IMG/VR virus record: IMGVR_UViG_3300011339_000426
Location: 1 to 31,137 of that record
Direction: 5' to 3' (one strand)
Source: a virus
Lineage: Duplodnaviria; Caudoviricetes
Length of the DNA: 31,137 nucleotides
Shown here piece after piece: positions 17,311 through 25,183 of this stretch; position 1 is the stretch's first letter, and each line of letters opens with the position of its first letter. A program made the position numbers and the translations under genes. Below the pieces are notes generated by a model. The model ran no database searches, had not been told where the DNA came from, and saw only the letters and a program-made list of their open reading frames with translations.

Positions 17311-19184
17311 GCCCCTACGCCTGATTCGCAGGCTAGCGGTAAAGTTTGTGCCCACTTTGGTCGCCATGACATACACTCCTCAACGTATTGTTTTGCTTCA
17401 TCTTTTTCCTCAATCGGTGCGATACAAGCCACGGCATCATGAACTGTCAAGACGACCTTGTACTTCTTGCCGATTCTTAGCATCTGCTCCGCAACGACCT
17501 GCCTTGCTACGGCTTGACACACGTTCTCGACTACTTTCCCGCCATAGATATACACGGGTATTCCCTTAGAGAAGTACCGCCACTGGTCTTTGTTAGTCTT
17601 CTCATCGGTCACTTTGGCTAGGTCGGGATACTGGATATACAAGCCACTAGGTAGGGTTAACCCTTTGCCCGGAACTGCCCTGATTAGCCCCTGCTCATCT
17701 ACTTGCATCCCGTTGCCAGTACGCAACGCTATCAGCGCCTCGTCTGCTCTCCGCCACAACTCGGGTATCTTGTAGTAGGAGTTTCTGTATGCGTCAATGA
17801 TGCGTTTTGCTTCTGCCTCGGTTGCATCGACACCGGCTTGCATCTTGAGAAACAACTTCAGCTTTTGGTGTCCAACGCCATATCCCGCGCCAAGAATCAC
17901 AACCTTGCCAACCTGTCTTTGTTGCTTGTCAATCTCTTCAACGGGTATTTTGTATATCTTGCTTGCCATCAGCTTGTACACATCCTGAGACTGTGAGAAC
18001 GCATCCACCAGTTCGTGTTGCCCTGCAAGCCAAGCTAAAGTTCTAGCTTCGATTTGTGCAGAGTCGCAGTCAATGACCACATGCCCTGCCGGAGCCTTGA
18101 TAGCCTTCTTGATCTTGCCTGCGTTGTCACCGCGTGATGGTAAGTTCTGCAGGTTTACAGAGTCTTGACCAGACCAACGACCAGAGTGTGCCCCGTAGTA
18201 ACGTAGAGGTACAGGAAACCTGCCTCGATTAGACATACCAATAAAGCGCTCAGTGCGAGTTTCTTCAATTGTCGTCTTGTTTCCAAGGCGGGCTGCGACA
18301 AGCATTTGTACTCGTTCATCAGGATGCTCCTCTAGTGCTTTAAATTCTTCGTCGGTTTTGGCAAATGCCCACGCTATCTTGCCAGTGCGCAGGCTTACCT
18401 TTGTGGGCGGTACAACACCGTAGTTCTCGAGTACTTTGGAGAACTTGTCATTAGACATTAGTAGCTTCTTGATGCCATCCATACCCTCGCTAAAGATAGC
18501 GTGTACGTACTCGGGATCAGCGTCTTTGAGCATGAAGTCCCGCACCGATTCCATCAGCGCTTCCTTGGCATCTTTCACGGTTTCCAAGTGGTCAACCAAT
18601 AGCTTCTTGTCCAACTCAAGCACAGGCTCAATGAACATACGCAAGGTCATGTCAATCAGTTTCAGTTCTTGTTTAGGGAAACCCAACGCCATGTACGCAT
18701 TGAATAGTTTGTAGGTTAACTCGGTGTCATTGATACAGTACAGAGCGTAGCGTGACAGTTCCTCGGTAGAGAAGTCAACGTAATGCTTTCCCTTGGCATG
18801 AAGCACCTCGTCACCCTTGACACCGATACCCATGCGTTGCGCTTGCACTTCAAGGCGGTGTGCCTTCTCATGCGGATACAAAGCTCGTGACATGCCAAGT
18901 ATGTCAAACCAAGCCATAGGCTTCACACCGTACAGCCAGTTGAGAACGGCACCATCGAACGCAGTGTTCTGTGCAACTACCATCGCATCAGACCAATCAA
19001 ACTCTTTTAGTATCCGTTCCACTTGCGGTTTGGGATACCAAACGGTTTCACCATCGTCAACCTTGATTGCAATGCCAATCATCTCAAACTGAGGCGACCG
19101 CACATACTCCTCGGTAGGAATCTTGGTCAGGGAATACTCAGTTGAGTAGAAGCACTCAAGGTCAAGTGTTACGATTTTTGGCAT
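17292..19184 (-). CDS. polA: Family A DNA polymerase with 3'-5' exonuclease domain
   Basis: ExoI DLE, ExoII QNTAFD, ExoIII YCIND; SGRWS and NLQNLP; motif A DSAQIEAR, motif B RQVGKVVILGAGYG, motif C TVHD. Confidence 0.95.
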   Translation of the reverse strand: MPKIVTLDLECFYSTEYSLTKIPTEEYVRSPQFEMIGIAIKVDDGETVWYPKPQVERILKEFDWSDAMVVAQNTAFDGAVLNWLYGVKPMAWFDILGMSRALYPHEKAHRLEVQAQRMGIGVKGDEVLHAKGKHYVDFSTEELSRYALYCINDTELTYKLFNAYMALGFPKQELKLIDMTLRMFIEPVLELDKKLLVDHLETVKDAKEALMESVRDFMLKDADPEYVHAIFSEGMDGIKKLLMSNDKFSKVLENYGVVPPTKVSLRTGKIAWAFAKTDEEFKALEEHPDERVQMLVAARLGNKTTIEETRTERFIGMSNRGRFPVPLRYYGAHSGRWSGQDSVNLQNLPSRGDNAGKIKKAIKAPAGHVVIDCDSAQIEARTLAWLAGQHELVDAFSQSQDVYKLMASKIYKIPVEEIDKQQRQVGKVVILGAGYGVGHQKLKLFLKMQAGVDATEAEAKRIIDAYRNSYYKIPELWRRADEALIALRTGNGMQVDEQGLIRAVPGKGLTLPSGLYIQYPDLAKVTDEKTNKDQWRYFSKGIPVYIYGGKVVENVCQAVARQVVAEQMLRIGKKYKVVLTVHDAVACIAPIEEKDEAKQYVEECMSWRPKWAQTLPLACESGVGASYGDC

Positions 19185-19617
19185 ATTGTTTGTCGAATTC
19201 ATCGCTAAGAATTTTAGTGGCTGCTGCAAGCATGTTTTTGGGGGCGATCATTGTAGTCGGCCCTTGCATCAGAGGTTTGCCTGTATGGGGGTCGTATCTA
19301 TTGGTTGCCTTGTATGTCACGGTGCTACGTTCTTCCGGTTCTTGTGCGGTCAATAACGTGTGAAACACCTTGGCTTCAAACCGTTCACGTCGAGCTTGTT
19401 TGTATGCCTCAAGAAGCGCAAGCTTCTCGTCTTCGTTTAGATACCACAACCGGTACACGCTTCCGTCCTGCGGGTCGGTCAGTAGATTGTCAAGCTTCTC
19501 TCTGACGTCGTTAAACTTGGGTGCGTGGCGTCCGATAAGCCTACCCTCTATATCCCCAAAGAAATCCTCGGGGTTGGTTTTAAGTCGTTCAATAATTACT
19601 TGTACTGATTGCATCAT
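19162..19617 (-). CDS. Hypothetical protein (paralog of the upstream neighbour)
   Basis: 151 aa, ATGA-coupled; IIERLKTNPEDF matches LIERMQSHPKDF of 19614-20150. Confidence 0.75.
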   Translation of the reverse strand: MMQSVQVIIERLKTNPEDFFGDIEGRLIGRHAPKFNDVREKLDNLLTDPQDGSVYRLWYLNEDEKLALLEAYKQARRERFEAKVFHTLLTAQEPEERSTVTYKATNRYDPHTGKPLMQGPTTMIAPKNMLAAATKILSDEFDKQYAKNRNT

Positions 19618-20150
19618 TTTGATTTCCTTTTTAGTTTAGCTAAAGTTCGGTCAGTCATTTCACGCAAAATTCGTTTTTCGTGTTCAAACCAGTCACGCCC
19701 AGCTTTTGGTTTTTCTTGTTCCGTCCACAACACTTGTCCTTGCGCGGGGTTTTGCGGTGGTACCCCACCCGGCCACATCAACCGTGGGTCGTTGTATCCA
19801 CTAAGCAGGTTTGAGGCGATTTGATTCTTTGTGTTCATCATGCTTTGCCCCAACTGTTGCGAATATGCGCTACCTATCTTCGCCTGTTCTTCCGCACGAC
19901 GCTTCTCACCGTTAAAGATTTCATCCACTACAAACTCAGTCAGTTGTGGCTCCAGTATGTACTTGTCGTATGCAGCGCTCAGTGCCGTGTCATCACGGTC
20001 TGATAAGTCGTTGAAACCCACCGGAACTTTTCCCAATATGTGGTCGACAATTCGAGAAAACCTACCCTCAAATTTAAAGTCTTTTGGGTGTGACTGCATG
20101 CGCTCAATCAGCATGCGTGCCCCTTCGGAGCAGTTTAGTTCGTCAGCCAT
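19614..20150 (-). CDS. Hypothetical protein
   Basis: 178 aa; GGAG SD; overlaps its neighbours in operon fashion. Confidence 0.75.
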   Translation of the reverse strand: MADELNCSEGARMLIERMQSHPKDFKFEGRFSRIVDHILGKVPVGFNDLSDRDDTALSAAYDKYILEPQLTEFVVDEIFNGEKRRAEEQAKIGSAYSQQLGQSMMNTKNQIASNLLSGYNDPRLMWPGGVPPQNPAQGQVLWTEQEKPKAGRDWFEHEKRILREMTDRTLAKLKRKSK

Positions 20151-20442
20151 TCACACTCTCCTTTACGAATTCTTCTAGATGGACAAGGTTGGTCTCGTTC
20201 ACCACCCATGCGTCACCACCGGACTCGATGATGTTCTTGAGGTTCTTTTCTTGCAGGGCAGTTGTCGTACCTTTACCTGCCTTGGCTTCGATGGCAAAGA
20301 ACTTTCCGTTAAGACAACACAGAAAGTCAGGCACTCCACTGTTGCCGTAGCCAGTGCCGATAGGCATGGCGTAGTAGATGTTGTGGGCTTTCAAGATCGC
20401 TTTGATCTTGGCTTTAACTTTAGATTCGGGTGTTGCTGCCAT
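20143..20442 (-). CDS. VRR-NUC domain nuclease (putative Holliday junction resolvase)
   Basis: PESKV...GVPD...AIEAK...TALQ...GG motif set. Confidence 0.88.
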   Translation of the reverse strand: MAATPESKVKAKIKAILKAHNIYYAMPIGTGYGNSGVPDFLCCLNGKFFAIEAKAGKGTTTALQEKNLKNIIESGGDAWVVNETNLVHLEEFVKESVNG

Positions 20443-20908
20443 GTAGATTGGTACTCATAACTTGGTTGTAATCGAACCCCTCGTCGAGGCATTCACTGAG
20501 TAGCACTTCTTCATCCCCGTGTTTAACAACCGTGTTGTTGTATGTGTACACGCTACGTGGGACACGTATCAGCCCCGCCACAAATTCTTTACCTAGCCGT
20601 GTAGTACGCCAGATACCTGAGAACTTGGACTTGTGTGAGTCGTCTTTGCTCTTGCGTTCCACAAGGTTCCACCAGTGCAACGTAGCCAGTTGGTTAGATC
20701 GCACCAACCATTGGGGTCCAGTTATGGGAACGTTTACCCAACCATCCTCATCGCCAGTTTGATGGTTCAGCCACACCAAACCTTGTGCCATTGTTTTGTT
20801 AATGTTGCGGATGTATATCTTGCCCCACCGGTCACACACAGGGCAGTGCCCACCGTCACCGGCAATCGTGCGACCCCAAGCGTCTCGCATTATCATTCTA
20901 TTTTCCAT
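20420..20908 (-). CDS. Hypothetical protein with CxxC and a possible winged-helix region
   Basis: GAGGTGG SD before MENR at 20908; HCPVC; GIWRTTRLG. Confidence 0.7.
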   Translation of the reverse strand: MENRMIMRDAWGRTIAGDGGHCPVCDRWGKIYIRNINKTMAQGLVWLNHQTGDEDGWVNVPITGPQWLVRSNQLATLHWWNLVERKSKDDSHKSKFSGIWRTTRLGKEFVAGLIRVPRSVYTYNNTVVKHGDEEVLLSECLDEGFDYNQVMSTNLHGSNTRI

Positions 20909-21113
20909 TTGCCACCTCAATTAGTTTGGATAAGTAATGTTGGGCTTTCTTTAAGTCCTCGATACCGTTTTTGTTTTTCCAACGGGATATGTACTTCACC
21001 ACGTTACCTTCAAGATACCCAAGGTCGTTGGCAATGATGTAGTCCCATGGTTGTATGGTTTTGTCTTTGTAGTGTGACCCGCCAATTTGCGTGTCATCGG
21101 CTCTTTGAATCAT
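20898..21113 (-). CDS. DUF3310-family protein (T7 gp1.7-like nucleotide kinase domain)
   Basis: GGSHY...GNVVKYISRW..KNGIEDLKKAQHYL signature; AGGAG SD before ATG 21113. Confidence 0.88.
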   Translation of the reverse strand: MIQRADDTQIGGSHYKDKTIQPWDYIIANDLGYLEGNVVKYISRWKNKNGIEDLKKAQHYLSKLIEVANGK

Positions 21114-21285
21114 TTGGCTTCTCCTGTAGTAGTGCGTCATAGTACTGCTTGGGCATCGGGGCTTTCTTGGTGATGATGGTACGTAACCACTCGGCACCGC
21201 CAAGCTGATTAAAAATAATCCACTGCCGATCAGACATCCTTACTTGTCTTCCTATTAGTGGCTCGGGGGGCTTGGGGCGTGGCAT
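21094..21285 (-). CDS. Small ribbon-helix-helix-like DNA-binding protein
   Basis: MPRPK...RQVRMSDRQW...LGGAEWLR..I strand-helix-helix pattern. Confidence 0.55.
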   Translation of the reverse strand: MPRPKPPEPLIGRQVRMSDRQWIIFNQLGGAEWLRTIITKKAPMPKQYYDALLQEKPNDSKSR

Positions 21286-21541
21286 CGTCAGGTGTCCTTT
21301 CGTATTTGTTTGGTTGTCGTGCTTTTGAGTAAGTGCCAAATTGTTTATAGCCTAGACCTTCTTCGCTAGCGACCGTACCCTTTGCAACCTTGGCTCGGAA
21401 GTACGGGTCTTTCAGAAAGATGCTTGGGCGGTCAACTTGCGCTAACTCTTCCCAAGGGTTGAGTGCGCGTGGGGGGTTATTATCTTTCAAAACAAAACAT
21501 CCTCTATCAGGGTCATACCTTACTAACTCTAGCACTTTCAT
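21230..21541 (-). CDS. Hypothetical protein
   Basis: 103-aa ORF in the operon direction, overlapping both neighbours. Confidence 0.6.
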   Translation of the reverse strand: MKVLELVRYDPDRGCFVLKDNNPPRALNPWEELAQVDRPSIFLKDPYFRAKVAKGTVASEEGLGYKQFGTYSKARQPNKYERTPDDATPQAPRATNRKTSKDV

Positions 21542-21698
21542 CTTTCTTTTCCTTTCGGTATTTCAAAACTTCTTCCAGTAACTGTTCCATCTCATCTGCA
21601 GCCATCAAATGAAAAGGAGTAATCGGTTTGTGGCTTGCTATTGAACGCATCATGCCTATGGTTTGTCTTGCGGTTGTTTCACTAAGCGGTCTTTTCAT
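21513..21698 (-). CDS. Hypothetical protein
   Basis: AGGAGG SD before MKRPLSE at 21698; 61 aa. Confidence 0.65.
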   Translation of the reverse strand: MKRPLSETTARQTIGMMRSIASHKPITPFHLMAADEMEQLLEEVLKYRKEKKDESARVSKV

Positions 21699-21858
21699 TC
21701 TTGTCCTCCTGATACTTGCCCCACACTGCATCCAACATGTCTGCGGCTTTGTTGAGTTTATGGATCAGCGTTGAATGTTCGTGTGCATCTAGTCCCGATG
21801 CGTAACCACGCATCCATGCTGCCATTGTGAAGTACTGTAATTTATTTGGGTCAATCAT
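21682..21858 (-). CDS. Hypothetical 58-aa protein (not in ORF track)
   Basis: Hand translation MIDPNKLQYFTMAAWMRGYASGLDAHEHSTLIHKLNKAADMLDAVWGKYQEDKNEKTA*; fills the gap and is ATGA-coupled to the upstream ORF. Confidence 0.65.
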   Translation of the reverse strand: MIDPNKLQYFTMAAWMRGYASGLDAHEHSTLIHKLNKAADMLDAVWGKYQEDKNEKTA

Positions 21859-21950
21859 CTTGGTGCATCCTCATGGTTATCGGGGTTGAACTTAGGGACT
21901 CGGTTGCCCTTGTCCTTGGGGTTTGGGAATGGGGGAAAGGGCCAAGTCAT
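21855..21950 (-). CDS. 31-aa proline-rich peptide (not in ORF track)
   Basis: MTWPFPPFPNPKDKGNRVPKFNPDNHEDAPR*; ATGA overlaps at both ends. Confidence 0.6.
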   Translation of the reverse strand: MTWPFPPFPNPKDKGNRVPKFNPDNHEDAPR

Positions 21951-22162
21951 GCTTGTTTCTCCTGTGCCCACATGTGCAGTCTTAGTTCTGCGCTTTCCGC
22001 GTTAAAGTTGTTGCGTAGTTCTTGCAGATGCGCTTTGGCTTCGTCGTTAATTTTTTCACGCTCGGCAGAAGCGACAAGGGCGGCAAACTTGGCAAGGAAC
22101 TCAGGAGTAGCATCAAAGCCCCCTGCTTCTCGTGTCCACTGTTCAATGTCTTCTCTGTTCAT
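21947..22162 (-). CDS. Hypothetical protein
   Basis: MNREDI...FAALVASAERE; GGAGG SD; ATGA overlap with the upstream stop. Confidence 0.7.
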   Translation of the reverse strand: MNREDIEQWTREAGGFDATPEFLAKFAALVASAEREKINDEAKAHLQELRNNFNAESAELRLHMWAQEKQA

Positions 22163-22347
22163 TTTAATTTCCTCCATTGGGTTCGTGGTGCATCGGGTTG
22201 TTGAGTGCGTACTAAATAGAAATGAATCAGGTAGTCAAGCACTTGGTTGTATGTCATCTTGATGCCAGTATCCGCAGACAGTTGATCTCGTATCTTATCA
22301 ATGCCTTCGGACACCGGTATCGTGATGCGTTTAGCCGTGGGTTTCAT
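22159..22347 (-). CDS. Small protein, possible ribbon-helix-helix
   Basis: KRITIPVS...IRDQL...TYNQVLDYLI pattern; coupled on both sides. Confidence 0.6.
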   Translation of the reverse strand: MKPTAKRITIPVSEGIDKIRDQLSADTGIKMTYNQVLDYLIHFYLVRTQQPDAPRTQWRKLK

Positions 22348-22538
22348 TCACCCAACTCCTCAAAGATTTCGTTGAGTACAGTTTTGATTTGGCTAACCAT
22401 CTCAGCTTTTGTATAAGGTGCAGACATAACCATCTTGATACTTGCCAACGCCTTATACATAGCTTGCCCCTTCAATGCGAACAGTAACGCATCCTCATCG
22501 TCGGGGTATTCAAACTCCAGTATGGCTTTTGATCTCAT
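22344..22538 (-). CDS. Hypothetical protein
   Basis: 64 aa; KAILEFEYPDDE; ATGA-coupled. Confidence 0.65.
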   Translation of the reverse strand: MRSKAILEFEYPDDEDALLFALKGQAMYKALASIKMVMSAPYTKAEMVSQIKTVLNEIFEELGE

Positions 22539-23071
22539 TTACCCAAGCCACCGAAGTACAGGTGCAAGCGACGATACAACTCGTGGGCATCATTAAGGCT
22601 AACCGTATCCATGATGACGTCGATGCTTGTACGAATAGGGGTGTGGTCAAGTACCAATGCAGCCAATCCCAATGACTCTGCGCTAGGCTCATTTGTTATA
22701 GAAGTTCTAACCTTAGAAGTTTTTGGTTTCTTTACCTTAGCTTCTCGCTTAGCAATTGTCTTAGATGACTTGATGGGTGTGTACTCTTTACCATTGGGGC
22801 GTAGCAAACCGTCGCTATCCTTATAGATATGCCCTTGGCGTAGCATCTGTCCAAGCAAAGATGACACAGATGATTTCTTATGCCCTTGCGCTACAAGGAT
22901 TCGGATTGCATCGTTTCGAGCGCAACCGGAGTTGTCTCGCACAAAGTTAAATGTTGCTTGCGTTACGTTGTTTGTAGGTTTGAACACTGTTGTTTCCTTA
23001 GTTGTTTCAGTTGTTTCGGGTTGTTCCCAAGCATGCAATATCTTTTGCATTTCTGTTTTTAAATCAGGCAT
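22535..23071 (-). CDS. Putative winged-helix DNA-binding protein with a Lys-rich linker
   Basis: GAGGA SD before MPDLK at 23071; TFNFVRDNSG...SSVSSLLGQMLRQGHIYKDSDG wHTH-like pattern. Confidence 0.6.
   Translation of the reverse strand: MPDLKTEMQKILHAWEQPETTETTKETTVFKPTNNVTQATFNFVRDNSGCARNDAIRILVAQGHKKSSVSSLLGQMLRQGHIYKDSDGLLRPNGKEYTPIKSSKTIAKREAKVKKPKTSKVRTSITNEPSAESLGLAALVLDHTPIRTSIDVIMDTVSLNDAHELYRRLHLYFGGLGK
22705..22718. repeat. Palindrome copy 1 (intragenic, CC centre on + strand)
   Basis: AAG TTCTAACCTTAGAA GTT at 22702-22721. Confidence 0.85.
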
Positions 23072-23237
23072 CGTCATCCTCGAATAGGTTAAGTTGTTTA
23101 GGGTCAGGCATGGTGCGTGATAAATCCTCCATGTCACGCAACCGCATCTCCAACCTTTCAGATAAGACTTTGATTAGACCCGACTGCCCATCGGCTACTC
23201 GGATTAGTTCCTCATCGGTCAAGTTGTCATAATTCAT
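23064..23237 (-). CDS. 57-aa protein with a QLNLF beta-clamp-binding-like motif (not in ORF track)
   Basis: MNYDNLTDEELIRVADGQSGLIKVLSERLEMRLRDMEDLSRTMPDPKQLNLFEDDDA*; GGAG SD and ATGA overlap. Confidence 0.7.
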   Translation of the reverse strand: MNYDNLTDEELIRVADGQSGLIKVLSERLEMRLRDMEDLSRTMPDPKQLNLFEDDDA

Positions 23238-23596
23238 TTAAGCTCCATAAAGTTAAGTAAGTTTCCATCGTCGTCAATAGTGAACCATACGATGTTGTCA
23301 GGGGGAGGCACCATCACCCGCTTGAGATGCCCACCCACCGTTGCCACATCCCTGATTCTCTCTAGCCAATCAGGTAGGTCTGTCACCAGTCCACGAGATG
23401 CTTCCTCGTGTCCGTCACGCCATTTCTTTAGCGTGTAGTCAAGCCCACGTTCTTCGTATCTACATTCGTACATAGGATTGTCTTTGTGGTATCCAAGTTT
23501 ATGTTCTAGCATTCGAAGGGCGTCTGACTTCGCTCGCCCATGCCTGTCTGCTACTTCCATAATCTCAGTTACCATCGCCTTCACTTTCCCCATCAT
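23234..23596 (-). CDS. Hypothetical protein
   Basis: Start at MMGKVK (GGGGGA SD) preferred over 23629. Confidence 0.6.
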   Translation of the reverse strand: MMGKVKAMVTEIMEVADRHGRAKSDALRMLEHKLGYHKDNPMYECRYEERGLDYTLKKWRDGHEEASRGLVTDLPDWLERIRDVATVGGHLKRVMVPPPDNIVWFTIDDDGNLLNFMELK

Positions 23597-24491
23597 GTAT
23601 CCCCCAATCAAATGCACCAAGGATTTCATCCACCTTGATCTTGGTTAAAGCACGAGTGCTATCTTCTTCACGCAATTCTTTAGGTGTTATGCCAGACAAT
23701 ACCTCTTCAAGCTTACGTGAAGCTTTCGTTAACGCAGGATCGTTAGTAATGTTCATGACTTGCAACAACTCACACAAGTCAACGGCATTGGTCACCGTCG
23801 TGTCGTGGAACGTACGCTTCTTGCCATCCTCATCGACAGTCAAGCGGTCACTCAACTTACTGATAGCGTTATACAAACGAGTCCATGAGTCTTGGTTCGC
23901 TGCTTTAATCTTAGAGTCAAGCTTGGCTTCGTAGTCTGCGATCAACTGGCGTTGTACCTCGCTCTCAATGTCTAACCTAAAGTCACCGCCAGTAGGCAAG
24001 GGAGTGAACGAAGTCTCCATGCGGAAACGCTGAGCTACCTTGCCCCTGCTTGGGTACTCGCCACGATCAAACAATGTGCCAAGTTGAAACGCTGCCCCTG
24101 CCACGAGTGTCTCGTACTTGTCCAAGAACGCATCGACCAAACGATTGAACTCGGTGTTGTACTTACCCATAACCTTCTGATAGTCGAGCAGGGCTGCAGT
24201 GGGCAACAGTCTTGCACCTTGGTCATTCCATGGGAGTGTGAGTTTGTAATGCTCGGCTCGGGCACGGGCTTGGAACTTGGTGATAGCTTCCAACTCTTTG
24301 CACTCAGCAAACAAGTTCTTGTACACCGACGCTGCTTTCTTGGAGCCTGACCCCTTGGCATTGGTGACCTCGGCTTGCGTACTCTTGTCTTGCTTGCGAC
24401 CCGAGTAGACTGCGATGTTTAAGTCCACCATCATGGCGGAGCGAGCGATGCCTGCAATAGGCTTTTCTGTTTCGATTGTGTAGTAGTTCAT
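23565..24491 (-). CDS. DUF3150-like helical protein associated with AAA/VWA modules
   Basis: SAMMVDLNI..YSGRKQD, TLPW...GARLLP, LFDRGEYP and MNITNDP segments; context downstream of DUF2201 and AAA genes. Confidence 0.6.
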   Translation of the reverse strand: MNYYTIETEKPIAGIARSAMMVDLNIAVYSGRKQDKSTQAEVTNAKGSGSKKAASVYKNLFAECKELEAITKFQARARAEHYKLTLPWNDQGARLLPTAALLDYQKVMGKYNTEFNRLVDAFLDKYETLVAGAAFQLGTLFDRGEYPSRGKVAQRFRMETSFTPLPTGGDFRLDIESEVQRQLIADYEAKLDSKIKAANQDSWTRLYNAISKLSDRLTVDEDGKKRTFHDTTVTNAVDLCELLQVMNITNDPALTKASRKLEEVLSGITPKELREEDSTRALTKIKVDEILGAFDWGIHDGESEGDGN

Positions 24492-24496
24492 GATAG

Positions 24497-24510
24497 TTCT
24501 AAGGTTAGAA
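24497..24510. repeat. Palindrome copy 2 (gene junction)
   Basis: TTCTAAGGTTAGAA between the stop at 24514-24516 and ATG 24491. Confidence 0.95.
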
Positions 24511-24513
24511 GTT

Positions 24514-24786
24514 TTAGCGTTTGATGATGACAGTCTCGTCTAGCTTTGCAGCCAGTTTGATTGTGTCGATGTAGTCTTGGTTCACTGGTGCTACAGTGAA
24601 TAGCTCGTGTGTTACGACCGGTTTGATAGCCGGTACGTATGCGTTCTGATACCCTTGCGAGCCTTGGTTGTTGCCCACATGAGTTTCGGTTAGGTGTTCA
24701 GCAAACGACAAAGTATCTGTAAGAACTTGAAGTTGCCCTACATCTAATAAAACGTGATGCCCGTTGATTGTTAGTTTGAATTTCAT
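24514..24786 (-). CDS. Hypothetical protein
   Basis: 90 aa; ATGA-coupled to the upstream gene. Confidence 0.7.
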   Translation of the reverse strand: MKFKLTINGHHVLLDVGQLQVLTDTLSFAEHLTETHVGNNQGSQGYQNAYVPAIKPVVTHELFTVAPVNQDYIDTIKLAAKLDETVIIKR

Positions 24787-25151
24787 AAGTTCACCTGTAT
24801 GGTTCGTTCTACGTACATGTAGTGTTCGGCATCGCCTGTGCTATCGGACTCAACATCGTTATCATCTTCACCAATGCGTAGGAACTCGTATTCGTATTCA
24901 AGATCACGTACCTCTGTTAAAAACTTAGTGAACAAATCCACGTCGGGAAACGAGTCGTACCACTTGACTGAGTTTGCAGCAAACTTAAGCACGCGATGAT
25001 GATCATCCCATGTAAAGAAGTCGTCGCCCCACGCCTCAAACACATCCTTGAACGTAGTGTTCATTAGCGTCTTAAGCTTGTCGTATTCCAACAAGTTGTG
25101 TTCACCCCCGAGGGGGTAAATGAGTGCCATTACATCTGATCGATATCCCAT
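24783..25151 (-). CDS. Acidic hypothetical phage protein (MGYRSDV N-terminus)
   Basis: GGAG SD supplied by the repeat; MGYRSDV...VKWY...FLRIGED. Confidence 0.8.
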   Translation of the reverse strand: MGYRSDVMALIYPLGGEHNLLEYDKLKTLMNTTFKDVFEAWGDDFFTWDDHHRVLKFAANSVKWYDSFPDVDLFTKFLTEVRDLEYEYEFLRIGEDDNDVESDSTGDAEHYMYVERTIQVNL

Positions 25152-25155
25152 AATA

Positions 25156-25183
25156 TTCTCCAAAAGTTCTAAGGTTAGAAGTT
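25156..25183. repeat. Palindrome copy 3 within the 28-bp direct repeat (includes SD)
   Basis: TTCTCCAAAAGTTCTAAGGTTAGAAGTT exact. Confidence 0.97.
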
